From positions 672,001 through 736,000 of the forward strand of contig OZ245366.1 of the NCBI GenBank assembly GCA_965226585.1: DNA of 64,000 nt, given 5' to 3'. A model generated the notes under the pieces. It had not been told where the DNA came from. It saw nothing but the letters and a program-made list of their open reading frames with translations, and did not search any database. The translations under genes and the position numbers were made by a program. This stretch comes from Thermodesulfobacteriota bacterium (GTDB lineage Bacteria; Desulfobacterota_D; UBA1144; Nemesobacterales; Mycalebacteriaceae). Below are positions 28,601-37,282 of the stretch, piece by piece (position 1 is the first letter of the stretch; each line of letters begins with the position of its first letter).

Positions 28601-28703
28601 TTCCCGTTCCCGCTCCGGCGGAAACCGCCACTTTGCTCCCCCCGCACCGCAGAGCTTCGGCCTGCTCGCCGTTCAGTTCAAGAAGTTCAACTATCCTTTC
28701 CAT
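25692..28703 (-). CDS. addA: UvrD-like helicase/nuclease AddA
   Basis: AGAGTGKT, ITFTENAAAEL, LVDEFQDT, VGDPFQSIYGFRGA, HGAKGLEF and C-terminal GKIDLL...DYK nuclease. Confidence 0.9.
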   Translation of the reverse strand: MERIVELLELNGEQAEALRCGGSKVAVSAGAGTGKTRFLIAVCLAELESGRADIDSIAAITFTENAAAELRERLAESSADYVKKFGARGFLTAETPGRISAAQISTIHGLAARIMRENLFSTNFPAGFEIADPADADAALSSAILETILKLREEKGAAAKTLGDLLTEESFNLDTALANITSIIRETEKKHLPRPLKTAEIDTGDEEAPAELDGDSIGMYGDIFKTNSASKRFKAIKKLRFPTSPDSDKCKTLMAIVENMEKVTEMKTAEKKEIEAAHELIARAENHIDTLNRRLTNLYLTVAEQSLDRHEEIKAENRAVRYEDLLVNALAILRENPSALKRYTDMFKLMLVDEFQDTDSMQNEIINLLSGEGKLVLVGDPFQSIYGFRGAKPELFNGILKSDKFEKFRLATNYRTSSQLLNFLNVFFRNLFSSKGYEPMTPGLEGGGVFSTLKVDGEKAEERRRSEAAVICKKISELVEDCGFAYSDIALIFRRKVNMDIYERALRLSGMPFRKDATGFFNLAETRDMVSMMKFIENPLDENSEAAVLRSPFFGISDAHLERYFTEKRRNKNRTYGDFLKSLRNGNAEWNRAADYLLSIVETVESGEEINFRSPAEAAMFAAYRLGYAAAALALPNGRDIRSNVIRFTEMCADLATGGKDLSEAVRYFDAARNTDEKQLSGGAETDSITLLTSHGAKGLEFPVVFVADSNYRQVNPAGRVAVDRNGKFFVCHASGRNARWKEAAKDNSDEEDRILYVTLTRAGKALFTGEYAKPGSGSLASRIARARNFRGADSEAAKAAETGDEIPRSEPRKTPEKKPGKPRARATAETLRPLYEKETEEKDTNETGAEKFCDMAKTEEGEIVHRFFEIWDFSPDSVAEIADFVAEEKFFPASQVRDKVTKCAENALRSPLAEMAKNARGMKREYEFTVETADGIRNGKIDLLLETDKGTILVDYKYTDSFEKDRYTEQMDFYSAAVGKIYGRKPVERYICVLPGATLEAV

Positions 28704-31578
28704 CTTCCACCTTGCGCGCCGCGCCGTCCTTTATTCTGCAAATGTCGGAATACGGGCAGAATCCGCACGGAGCGTCTTTTTTCAGAATTACCGGCTTTTC
28801 CCCGTACGGAAATTCCCCGTCTTTTCTTATCGGCGCGGGCGCGAAAAATCCTTTCTTTACAAGTTCTATGTTTTTCAGCGCCAGCAATTTCGCTTTTTTA
28901 ACCGGCACTTCCTGCATTCCCTTTTCCCCGGTGATGCCTGCCGCGTTCATCTCTCCGGGATTTTCCACGGATAGGTACGCGCCAATGTTCGTTTTTTTGC
29001 CTTCTCTTGAGGCAATGCTGTCAACATAGAGAGGAACCTGCAGTTTGCTCCGGTCGCAGAAAACGCCTTTTACCGCGCCCTTTTTGTAGTCGTAAACCGA
29101 CACTCCGTCCGGGCTTGTGTCCATCCGGTCGAGCCTGCCTTTCAACTTTGCGCCGCCGATGTTAACCACAACCTCCTCTTCAAAAAATTCCGGTTTGCTC
29201 ACGAACGACACCATCCTTCCCAGTTCAATCTGCGCGAAATGTTCAAGCGTGAAAAACGCGCGTTCTTTCTGCAATTTCCATACTCTTTCTTCAACGCGGC
29301 AGAACCGCCGCCGTGTTTCCGGGTCGTCAATAAAACCGCCGAGCAGTTCGGAAACCTTCTCCGGGCTTTTTATGAGGATCTCCGGGTGTTCCGATGAGAA
29401 AAGGTGTTTGAGAGCCGCGTGATAAAGCCCTCCCGTCTCCGCCGGAGACGGAACGGTTTCTCCGTGGGGTTTTTCTCTGATGCCGAGAGTGTTCGCGCAG
29501 AAAAACATAAAAGGGCATCTTCCCATTTTTTCAACGCCCGTTACGCTGAGCCCTTTGAGCCGCTGCTTCTCAATTCCCTCTCCCGCCATTCCCTCAAACC
29601 GCCCGAAATCCCCTTCGGGGCGCAGACGCTCTTTTTCCGCCTTTACTCCACCTTCTGCCGCCGCTTGCGCGAGTTTGAAAAACGGGTCTGCCGGGGCAAG
29701 CAGTTTCGCGGTTTTTTCGGGAATTTTTCCCTCGCGCAAAAGCGCGTTCGCCATTACCGTCTCCGCGCAGTAGGGGTTTGAGGGAATATCCGCCCCGCCG
29801 GTTTCCCTTTCCGTTACGGCGCGGGCTTCCTTCAATTCCTCAATAAAGTGCGAACGCCCCTCCGCTCCGCGAGTTGCCCCGCGTGAGTAAGAGACGAAAA
29901 GTTTGCCGGAAGCGCAGGCGAGAACGGAATGCCATATCAGCCGTTCATCGCTCAGGTAGTTGTCCGCCGTTGCGAACGCTTCCGCCCCGCAGTGGCGGTT
30001 GATGATGTCTTTCTCGCTGTCATTAAACACAAGGCTTTCCGCTTTGCGCGCCGGAAACGACCTTTCCCCGCAGTCAAGAACAAACACAACCGGATACGAG
30101 GTTCCCCGTGACTGCAAGGCGTTCATAACGGGAACGCGCCCGCCGCCGCCGGTTTTGCGCGAATATGTTTTTCCGTTCAAAAGTTCGGAAACAAATTCTG
30201 AAAACTCTTTGCGCGATGAGATTTTCGCGTCCCATTTCCCGCAGAAAAACTCCGCCTCCCTTAAAAACTCTCTCGCCTTCTCAACGGACGGGTCTGCCCC
30301 CGCCGCCTCAAACGCGCCCGTTTTATCTATTATGGAGCGCAGAGAGGAAAACACCGCGCTTTCTGACGGCGGCTCTCCGCCCGCGCCAAGACCCTCTGAC
30401 AGCATCCGTCTCAACTCCGTTATTTTCGCAAGCGCGCCTTTCAACTCCGGCTTGTCGCGAAGCGTATCCGTTACGCTTTCAAACCCGTCTCCCGGTTCCT
30501 CTCTTTTCCCGATTTGCTCAATCCGCCTTTCCATTAATTCCGCCGCCTCAAGGCCGCGCGCGCCGAAAAACTTTTTCAGCATGGGGTTTCTGATAAGCCG
30601 TATAAACTGCCCGTCCGCAAATCCGAGACGGGCTGTTTCAAGCAGGTTTTTGATAAGAACCGATATGCCCGAAGCCGCGCCGAGCCGTTCGGATTGAACA
30701 TTTACCGGAATTCCGTTTCTCTCGAACACATTCCGTATTACAGCTCCCGACGATTTCAAATTGCGGACGATGACGGCAAAATCCTCAATCGCTCTCCCGC
30801 CGTCCGCCATTCTCCGTATCTCACCCGCCGCAAACTCCGCCTCAGCCGTAACAGACGCAAACTGGCAGACGGAGATATCAGTCTTTTCCCCTCCGCTTTC
30901 CGCCGGAGTAGCCACAAGAGCCGATATTCCCGCCGCTTCCGCCGCCCTCAAAATACTGACGTGCAAGGGCGTGAGCCGGTGAAATCCCGCGGCGACTATC
31001 CTCTTCACCCGTCCGCTTATCACACCCTCAGAGCCGTTTGCCACCGCGCCTGCGAAGGCGGAGATGACGTCCGTGTCGTCAACCATCCCGGACTGCTCCA
31101 TCCGTTTTTCAGACTCCCCGATGACCGGCGCGATACCCGCGAGTTTCCGCGCCGTTTCGGGCGGCAGTTTTTCCTTCACCTTTTCGCTGAGAATTCGCGC
31201 CGTTATGCCGTTCTGTTTCAATCCCGCGCAAGAGGCAAGCAGTTCAAGTGCCGTCCGTGTCCGGTTTTCATCCGCTTTTCCCGCGCTCTCAATCGCCCGC
31301 CGCATAAGTATCATCCTTCCCGTCCGCGACAGTATCCGCTTCCGTCCCGCGCGGGTGTTGTGAGCGCGGGCAAGGGCTCCGAATGTTGTGATAAAGCGGA
31401 CAGAATCCGTGCCCCGGAACAGTTTACGGGCTTGCATTACGGCGGGAATATCGGGCAGAACAAGAAGGTCGCCATCAGCCGCCGGTTTGATGCCGAGACT
31501 TTCAAAAACCCCGCCGCCGCAAAGCGGCTCCGTAAAGACGGCTGTTTTCAAAGTTCCGGTTTTCATGGAAACGCTCAA
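28687..31578 (-). CDS. addB: AddB-like PD-(D/E)XK nuclease subunit
   Basis: RCPFMFF, GRLDRMD, YDYKKG and CGFCPYSDIC 4Fe-4S staple; overlaps addA. Confidence 0.85.
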   Translation of the reverse strand: MSVSMKTGTLKTAVFTEPLCGGGVFESLGIKPAADGDLLVLPDIPAVMQARKLFRGTDSVRFITTFGALARAHNTRAGRKRILSRTGRMILMRRAIESAGKADENRTRTALELLASCAGLKQNGITARILSEKVKEKLPPETARKLAGIAPVIGESEKRMEQSGMVDDTDVISAFAGAVANGSEGVISGRVKRIVAAGFHRLTPLHVSILRAAEAAGISALVATPAESGGEKTDISVCQFASVTAEAEFAAGEIRRMADGGRAIEDFAVIVRNLKSSGAVIRNVFERNGIPVNVQSERLGAASGISVLIKNLLETARLGFADGQFIRLIRNPMLKKFFGARGLEAAELMERRIEQIGKREEPGDGFESVTDTLRDKPELKGALAKITELRRMLSEGLGAGGEPPSESAVFSSLRSIIDKTGAFEAAGADPSVEKAREFLREAEFFCGKWDAKISSRKEFSEFVSELLNGKTYSRKTGGGGRVPVMNALQSRGTSYPVVFVLDCGERSFPARKAESLVFNDSEKDIINRHCGAEAFATADNYLSDERLIWHSVLACASGKLFVSYSRGATRGAEGRSHFIEELKEARAVTERETGGADIPSNPYCAETVMANALLREGKIPEKTAKLLAPADPFFKLAQAAAEGGVKAEKERLRPEGDFGRFEGMAGEGIEKQRLKGLSVTGVEKMGRCPFMFFCANTLGIREKPHGETVPSPAETGGLYHAALKHLFSSEHPEILIKSPEKVSELLGGFIDDPETRRRFCRVEERVWKLQKERAFFTLEHFAQIELGRMVSFVSKPEFFEEEVVVNIGGAKLKGRLDRMDTSPDGVSVYDYKKGAVKGVFCDRSKLQVPLYVDSIASREGKKTNIGAYLSVENPGEMNAAGITGEKGMQEVPVKKAKLLALKNIELVKKGFFAPAPIRKDGEFPYGEKPVILKKDAPCGFCPYSDICRIKDGAARKVEDGKDS

Positions 31579-31625
31579 GAGCAGATTATAAAACAGAGCG
31601 CGCCTTATTGGAAACCTCAGAAGGA

Positions 31626-31702
31626 TGGCGTCCCCGGAGGGATTTGAACCCCCGACCCCAGGATTAGGAATCCTGTGCTCTATCCAGCTGAGCTACGAGG
31701 AC
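31626..31702 (-). tRNA. tRNA-Arg(CCT)
   Basis: Minus strand GTCCTCGTAGCTCAGCTGGATAGAGC...TTCCTAA...GTTCAAATC...GGACGCCA. Confidence 0.97.
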
Positions 31703-31804
31703 GCTGATGCTGTTTCTCGCGCTATTATAGCAGTCTGCGGCGGGGTTAAAAAGACGGCGGAAAAATTAGCCGCGCCGCACTTGCTTTTTAGCCGTTCCTC
31801 ATAT

Positions 31805-31828
31805 AAAAATTAGGCATGCCTAATTTTT
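31805..31828. promoter_or_regulatory. DtxR/MntR operator (perfect 24-bp palindrome)
   Basis: AAAAATTAGGCATGCCTAATTTTT has the TTAGG..CCTAA arms of DtxR-family boxes; 10 nt upstream of mntR. Confidence 0.88.
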
Positions 31829-31838
31829 TGGAGGCTTT

Positions 31839-32543
31839 ATGTTGAACCAGACAACTCAGGACTACCTGAAAACCATCTACGAACTTACGGAGCGTTCGGG
31901 CAGAGTTATGACCAAAGACATAGCCGAAAAGCTGAAAGTTTCCCCTCCCTCCGTTACCGAAATGACGAGAAAGCTCGCGGCGAAAAAACTTCTCACCTAC
32001 AAGCCGTATAACGGCGTGAAACTCACAAAAGCCGGCGAGAATGTCGCGCTGGAAATGATAAGACACCACCGGCTCATAGAGCTTTACCTTCAGGAAGCGC
32101 TTGGAATTCCGTGGGACAAGGTTCACGAGGAGGCGGAAAAGTGGGAGCATTTTATATCCGAAGACGTGGAAGACAGAATGGACGAGCGGCTGGGTTTTCC
32201 CAAACTTGACCCGCACGGGGCGCAGATTCCCACCCGGGACGGCGTTCTGCCGCTCAGGAGAAAGTGCGAACCGCTTGAGGGCTTGAATGAAAAAGACAAA
32301 GGCGTTGTGGCTGAAGTGAGCGACCACGACTCGGAACTGCTTAACTATCTCGGAGAGAGAAACATCATTCCGGGGGCGAAGATTGAAGTGAAAAAAGTTG
32401 AGCCGTTTGACGGGCAGATGACGATAAATGTGGACGGAGCGGAGCACATAGTCAGCGGCACGGCGGCGGGCTACATATCCGTAACCCGCGTGCAGAGGCA
32501 CGGCGGCGCGCAAACGAAAAAAGCGGCGGGAGGCGGAAGATGA
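31839..32543 (+). CDS. mntR: DtxR/MntR metal-dependent repressor with FeoA domain
   Basis: DYLKTIYEL, IRHHRLIELYL, EHFIS and DPHGAQIP motifs. Confidence 0.93.
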   Translation: MLNQTTQDYLKTIYELTERSGRVMTKDIAEKLKVSPPSVTEMTRKLAAKKLLTYKPYNGVKLTKAGENVALEMIRHHRLIELYLQEALGIPWDKVHEEAEKWEHFISEDVEDRMDERLGFPKLDPHGAQIPTRDGVLPLRRKCEPLEGLNEKDKGVVAEVSDHDSELLNYLGERNIIPGAKIEVKKVEPFDGQMTINVDGAEHIVSGTAAGYISVTRVQRHGGAQTKKAAGGGR

Positions 32544-33556
32544 GGCGGCAAATGAGAATGGGAGTTTTCACCGGATTCGCGGTATTTTTTGCCGCGCTGT
32601 TTTTCTCCGCTGTTTCCGCGCAGGCGCACAGCACAGGAGCCGGGCACACGCACGAGGCGGTGCGGGTTGTCTCCACAACCGGCATTATCAACGACCTTGT
32701 TGTGAACATCGGCGGAAGCAGGGTGAGCGCGGAAGCGCTTATGGGTTCCGGAGTTGACCCGCATCTCTACCGGGCGACCGCCGGAGACATCAGAACGCTT
32801 GCGCGGGCGGAAGTGATATTCCATCACGGGCTTCACCTTGAGGGAAAGATATCGGAAGTGCTTGAGGGCATGAATCGCAGGGGCGTGAGAACGTTTGCCG
32901 TTACACGCGACATACCCAGAGGGATGCTCATCTCCGCGGGCGGGGTTTACGACCCGCACGTGTGGTTTGACCCGTCTCTGTGGGCTTACGCGGCTCGCGC
33001 AGTCGCGTCCGCGCTTTCAGAGATTGACCCTGCGGGCGCGGAAACCTACCGCGAGAATGCCCGCGCCTACACGGAGCGGCTCAAAGAACTTGACCGCTAC
33101 GCCACAGAGATGTCTCAAACGGTTCCCTCAAGCGGCAGAATTCTCATAACCTCTCATGACGCTTTCGGATATTTCGGCAGGGCTTACGGGTTCAAAGTGA
33201 ACGCGCTTCAGGGTGTCAGCACGGTTTCCGAAGCGGCAATCTCAGATGTGCGCCGCACGGTCGGGATGATAGTCCGCCACAGGATTCCGGCAATCTTTAC
33301 CGAAACCTCCGTCTCGCCGCGCTATATGGAAGCCGTCAAAGAGGCGGTGGAATCTTCCGGAATGTCTGTTGAGATGGGCACGAAACTGTATTCAGACGCT
33401 CTTGGAAGCGCGGGCACACGGCAGGAAACCTTTCACGGAATGTTCAAGCACAACGTTGACGCCATCTGCATTTCGCTCTCAAGGGGCGCGGCGATTGAAG
33501 TGTCAAAACTGTTTTCCGGTTTGCGTCCCGCCGCCGCGCCGGAGCGCAATTTCTGA
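32540..33556 (+). CDS. troA: Mn/Zn ABC transporter substrate-binding protein (TroA/MntA)
   Basis: GVDPHLY, DPHVWFD, TSHDAFGYF and LYSDALG motifs. Confidence 0.93.
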   Translation: MRRQMRMGVFTGFAVFFAALFFSAVSAQAHSTGAGHTHEAVRVVSTTGIINDLVVNIGGSRVSAEALMGSGVDPHLYRATAGDIRTLARAEVIFHHGLHLEGKISEVLEGMNRRGVRTFAVTRDIPRGMLISAGGVYDPHVWFDPSLWAYAARAVASALSEIDPAGAETYRENARAYTERLKELDRYATEMSQTVPSSGRILITSHDAFGYFGRAYGFKVNALQGVSTVSEAAISDVRRTVGMIVRHRIPAIFTETSVSPRYMEAVKEAVESSGMSVEMGTKLYSDALGSAGTRQETFHGMFKHNVDAICISLSRGAAIEVSKLFSGLRPAAAPERNF

Positions 33557-33576
33557 GACGCCGGAGTCTGCCGCAG

Positions 33577-34293
33577 ATGGAAAATCCTCTTGATGTTGAG
33601 GGCGTAACCGTTTCCTATCACGGGGGCGTGGCTCTGTGGAATGCCTCTTTCCGTGTTTCTCCCGCTTCGCTGATGGCGGTTGTGGGTCCCAACGGCGCGG
33701 GCAAAACCACTCTTCTCAAAGCCGTTCAAAATCTGGTTCCAAAAGACGCGGGCAGAGTCTCGGTCTTCGGCCGTCCGTATGAGGAGATGAGAAAATCGGT
33801 CGCCTACGTGCCCCAGCGTCAAAATGTTGACTGGAACTTTCCCGCGAATGTGTCCGATGTTGTGCAGATGGGAACGTATCAGTCTCTCGGATGGATACGC
33901 AGACCCGGCGCGCGGGAAAAACGGAAAACCTTTGAGGCGCTTGAAAAAACCGGAATGGAACGCCTTGCGGATCGCCAGATAGGGGAGCTTTCGGGCGGAC
34001 AACAGCAGAGGGTTTTCATAGCGCGCGCACTTGTGCAGGACGCTCCGCTCTACCTTATGGACGAGCCGTTTCAGGGCGTTGACAAAACCACCGAAGAGGC
34101 GGTCGCCGGAATTCTGCGCGATATGAGGGACGAGGGGAAAACCGTTGTGGCTGTTCATCACAACCTTGAAACCGTGCCGGACTACTTTGACAGCGCGACC
34201 CTTTTGAACGGAGGGGTTGTCGCAAGCGGAGAGGTGGCTGAGGTGTTCACGCCGGAAAACATCCGTTCCGCCTACCGGGGTTCAGAGACCTAG
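33577..34293 (+). CDS. troB: Mn/Zn ABC transporter ATPase
   Basis: GPNGAGKTT, LSGGQQQR and MDEPF motifs. Confidence 0.93.
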   Translation: MENPLDVEGVTVSYHGGVALWNASFRVSPASLMAVVGPNGAGKTTLLKAVQNLVPKDAGRVSVFGRPYEEMRKSVAYVPQRQNVDWNFPANVSDVVQMGTYQSLGWIRRPGAREKRKTFEALEKTGMERLADRQIGELSGGQQQRVFIARALVQDAPLYLMDEPFQGVDKTTEEAVAGILRDMRDEGKTVVAVHHNLETVPDYFDSATLLNGGVVASGEVAEVFTPENIRSAYRGSET

Positions 34294-34317
34294 TTTCTCT
34301 CGCCGGCATTACAGAGG

Positions 34318-35202
34318 ATGTGGATTTTTACCGAACTTTTTCCCGATTACACGGTTGCCGTTGTTGTGTGCGGCTCCGTTTTTCTGGGCATAGCGGCGGG
34401 CGTTTGCGGAACGGTTGTTTTTGTGAGAAAGGAGAATCTTCTCTCTGACGCCGTTTCGCACGGCTGTCTGCCGGGCATTGTGCTCGGCTTTATAATCGCG
34501 GGCGCGAAACATCCGTCCGCTCTTCTGCTCGGCGGTTTTGTGTCCGCTTTTCTCACGGTCGGTTTTGTCCGTCTTGCCCGTTCCTCCGTGTCGGTCAAGT
34601 TTGACAGCGCGCTCGCCCTTGGCGTTTCCATCTCCTTCGGAATAGGCATTGTGCTTCTCACTTCGGTTCAGTCGGGCGGGGCGGCGGGGCAGGCGGGTCT
34701 TGACAGGTTTCTGTTCGGTCAGGCAAGCGCGATGTCTTCGGGAGACGTGAAAACAATTTTTTTCACCGGCGCGGTTTGCTCGGGCGCGCTCGCGGTTTTC
34801 TGGAAGCAGGTGAAGATATTTTGCTTTGACAGTGAATACGCTGTGAGCGCGGGCTTCAGAACACGGGCGGCGGGGTTTTTTCTCAACACCGTTCTTGTGT
34901 CCACAATCGTTGTGGGCATTGAAACAGTGGGCGTGATTCTGATGTGCTCAATGCTTGTGGCTCCCGCGGTTGCCGCGAGGCACTTGACGGACAAACTGGG
35001 AATGATGGTGACAGCCGCCGCCGTTACCGGCGCTCTGGGCGGGGCGGCCGGCTCGCTTGCAAGTTGGAAAATTGCAAAACTCCCGACCGGTCCCGCAATT
35101 GTTATCTGCGTGACAGCCGCCGCGCTTTTGTCCATGCTTTTTTCCCGGAAAAACGGTCTTCTCGCGCGCTCGTCTCACGGCGGAGGGGGTGAGAGGGAAT
35201 GA
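34318..35202 (+). CDS. troC: Mn/Zn ABC transporter permease
   Basis: DAVSHGCLPG, LFGQA and LPTGPAIV motifs. Confidence 0.9.
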   Translation: MWIFTELFPDYTVAVVVCGSVFLGIAAGVCGTVVFVRKENLLSDAVSHGCLPGIVLGFIIAGAKHPSALLLGGFVSAFLTVGFVRLARSSVSVKFDSALALGVSISFGIGIVLLTSVQSGGAAGQAGLDRFLFGQASAMSSGDVKTIFFTGAVCSGALAVFWKQVKIFCFDSEYAVSAGFRTRAAGFFLNTVLVSTIVVGIETVGVILMCSMLVAPAVAARHLTDKLGMMVTAAAVTGALGGAAGSLASWKIAKLPTGPAIVICVTAAALLSMLFSRKNGLLARSSHGGGGERE

Positions 35203-36293
35203 GTCCTGAGAACGAGATACGGATAATCGCCGTTCTTGTTGCCGTTTCCTGCTCGGCTGCCGGAACGTTTCTGGTGCTGAGGGGAAAGGCGATGATAACG
35301 GACTCGGTAACCCACTCCATACTTCCGGGCATAGCGGCGGGGTTTCTTGTTTCGGGAAACGTTTCGTCTCCCCTTCTTGTCGCTGGCGCGTTCGCGGCGG
35401 CTTTTATAAGCGTTGTTTCGTCCGAAGCTCTTTCGCGGGCGAGGCTGATGTCTGAGGATTCCGCCATCGCGTTTGTCTACCCGTTTCTTTTCAGCGCGGG
35501 GGTGATAATGGTTTCGGGATACGCGGGAAACGCCCATCTGGATGTGGACTCGGTTCTGCTCGGCGAGATAGCTCTCGCCCCGCTTGACAGGGTCGCGCTT
35601 ATGGGAATTGACGTTCCCGTCTCCATGCTTTCGGCTTTATCGGTCGCGCTTGTGTGCGGTGTTTTCATCGCGGTTTTCTATAAAGAGTTGAAGCTGTCAA
35701 CCTTCGACCCCTCCGGGGCGAAAGCGTCCGGGTTTTCAGGCGCGGTTTTTTCCGGCTCCTTTGCCGCCCTTGTCTGTCTTATGTGCATCGTGTCTTTCAG
35801 CGCGACCGGCTCGGTTATGCTCATTGCCCTTATTGCCGCTCCGCCGTGCTGTGCGCTTCTTCTGACCGACCGGCTGGGGCTCGCCATAGCGCTTGGCGTG
35901 GTGTTTGCGGCGGGAGCCGCGCTTGCCGGATTTGAGGCGGCGGTTGCGTTCAACACCAACGTAGCCGGGGCGGTTGTAACTATTCTGGGCGCGGTGTTTT
36001 TTGTGATTCTGATATTCGCGCCGCGCAAGGGGATTCTCTCTCGCCTTATGCGGAGCCGCAGGATGAGAGACGGAATTCAAACCGCTCTTCTGCTTGAATG
36101 TGTTTCAGACGGAGAGGGCGGAAAAGACATCCGCGCCTTGTGCCGCGCCCTGATGTGGAGTCCGGAGCGGACGCTTTCAGCGGCGCGCCGGGCTGAGAAA
36201 AACGGCTACGCCGAAACGGACGGACAGACGGTGCGGGTTACGCCCGAGGGTCGCGCCGCTGTGAGAGCTCTCGCCCCGAGGCTTCACGGGTAG
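35199..36293 (+). CDS. troD: Mn/Zn ABC transporter permease with C-terminal winged-helix-like tail
   Basis: DSVTHSILPG, HLDVDSVLLGE and FYKELKLSTFD motifs. Confidence 0.9.
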   Translation: MSPENEIRIIAVLVAVSCSAAGTFLVLRGKAMITDSVTHSILPGIAAGFLVSGNVSSPLLVAGAFAAAFISVVSSEALSRARLMSEDSAIAFVYPFLFSAGVIMVSGYAGNAHLDVDSVLLGEIALAPLDRVALMGIDVPVSMLSALSVALVCGVFIAVFYKELKLSTFDPSGAKASGFSGAVFSGSFAALVCLMCIVSFSATGSVMLIALIAAPPCCALLLTDRLGLAIALGVVFAAGAALAGFEAAVAFNTNVAGAVVTILGAVFFVILIFAPRKGILSRLMRSRRMRDGIQTALLLECVSDGEGGKDIRALCRALMWSPERTLSAARRAEKNGYAETDGQTVRVTPEGRAAVRALAPRLHG

Positions 36294-36356
36294 AGACTTG
36301 TTCTCTGCGGTCTTGCGTTCGCGCCCGCCTGTGTTTAGGCTAAAAACCGCAAGCAA

Positions 36357-36647
36357 ATGACAAAATCCGAAATCAGCAGAAAGATATCCTACAAGTTCCG
36401 GCTTTCGGTTTCCGAAGCGGAAAAGGTTCTCGGCGCCATTGTGGAAGGCATGTCTTCCGCTGTCAGTTCCGGCTCCCGCGTTGAGATACGGGGGTTCGGA
36501 AGTTTCTACGCAAAAGACTGCAAGCCCTACACGGGAAGAAACCCGCGCACCGGAGAGAGTGTGGAAGTGAAGGCGAAAAAACTTCCGTGCTTCAGACAGG
36601 GAAAAGATATAAAGGACGTTTTCAAGTCCGCACAGCGGAAACCGTAG
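36357..36647 (+). CDS. ihfB: Integration host factor beta / HU-family protein
   Basis: MTKSE, RVEIRGFGSF and GRNPRTGE motifs. Confidence 0.85.
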   Translation: MTKSEISRKISYKFRLSVSEAEKVLGAIVEGMSSAVSSGSRVEIRGFGSFYAKDCKPYTGRNPRTGESVEVKAKKLPCFRQGKDIKDVFKSAQRKP

Positions 36648-36651
36648 GCGA

Positions 36652-37272
36652 ATGGCTCAACTGAAAATCCTTCTCTACCCCGACCCGGTATTGAGAAAAA
36701 AAAGCGCGCCGGTCTCAAAGATTGACGGCGGAGTGCATATTCTGCTTGACGATATGCTTGAGACCATGAGAGCCGCAAACGGCATAGGGCTTTCCGCCCC
36801 GCAGGTGGGCAGGAATGCGAGGGTTGTGATTGTGTCGGACGCGCGCGGGTTTGAAGAGTCTCCGCAAGACGGGGAAGAGGAACGGGAAGCGGAAGAGCCT
36901 GCCGGAGAGGAGAAGGTGGAGATGCCCGTTATAGAGATGATAAATCCGGTTGCCGGAACCCCTTCGGGCAGAGACTATCAGGTGGAGGGCTGTCTCAGCA
37001 TTCCGAATTTTCTTGCCAAGGTGGGAAGAAGCAAAAGCGTTGAGGTTGAGTGGCTTTGCAGGGAAGGAAAGAAACACCGGATGCTCGCGGACGGGCTGAC
37101 GGCAAGAATTATTCAGCACGAGATTGACCATCTTGACGGCGTTCTTTTTGTTGACCGGCTGAGCGGGCTGAAAAAAGAGATGATGCTTAAAAAGATGGAA
37201 AAGGTTTTCGGTTCCGAATCCGGCGGCGGCGACAAACCCGGCGGCGCGCCGAAAAAAAAGAAGGGGGCGTAA
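36652..37272 (+). CDS. def: Peptide deformylase
   Basis: GIGLSAPQVG, EGCLS and QHEIDHLDG motifs. Confidence 0.97.
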   Translation: MAQLKILLYPDPVLRKKSAPVSKIDGGVHILLDDMLETMRAANGIGLSAPQVGRNARVVIVSDARGFEESPQDGEEEREAEEPAGEEKVEMPVIEMINPVAGTPSGRDYQVEGCLSIPNFLAKVGRSKSVEVEWLCREGKKHRMLADGLTARIIQHEIDHLDGVLFVDRLSGLKKEMMLKKMEKVFGSESGGGDKPGGAPKKKKGA

Positions 37273-37282
37273 GTCCGCCGGT

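Noticed and set aside
28687..29560. Cys-stapled PD-(D/E)XK domain as Cas4 or a defence nuclease
   Set aside because: It is the C-terminus of an AddB-like protein paired with AddA, i.e. standard recombination repair.
24814..31702. tRNA-bounded segment as an integrated island
   Set aside because: Contains core addAB, with no integrase and no duplicated tRNA 3' end.
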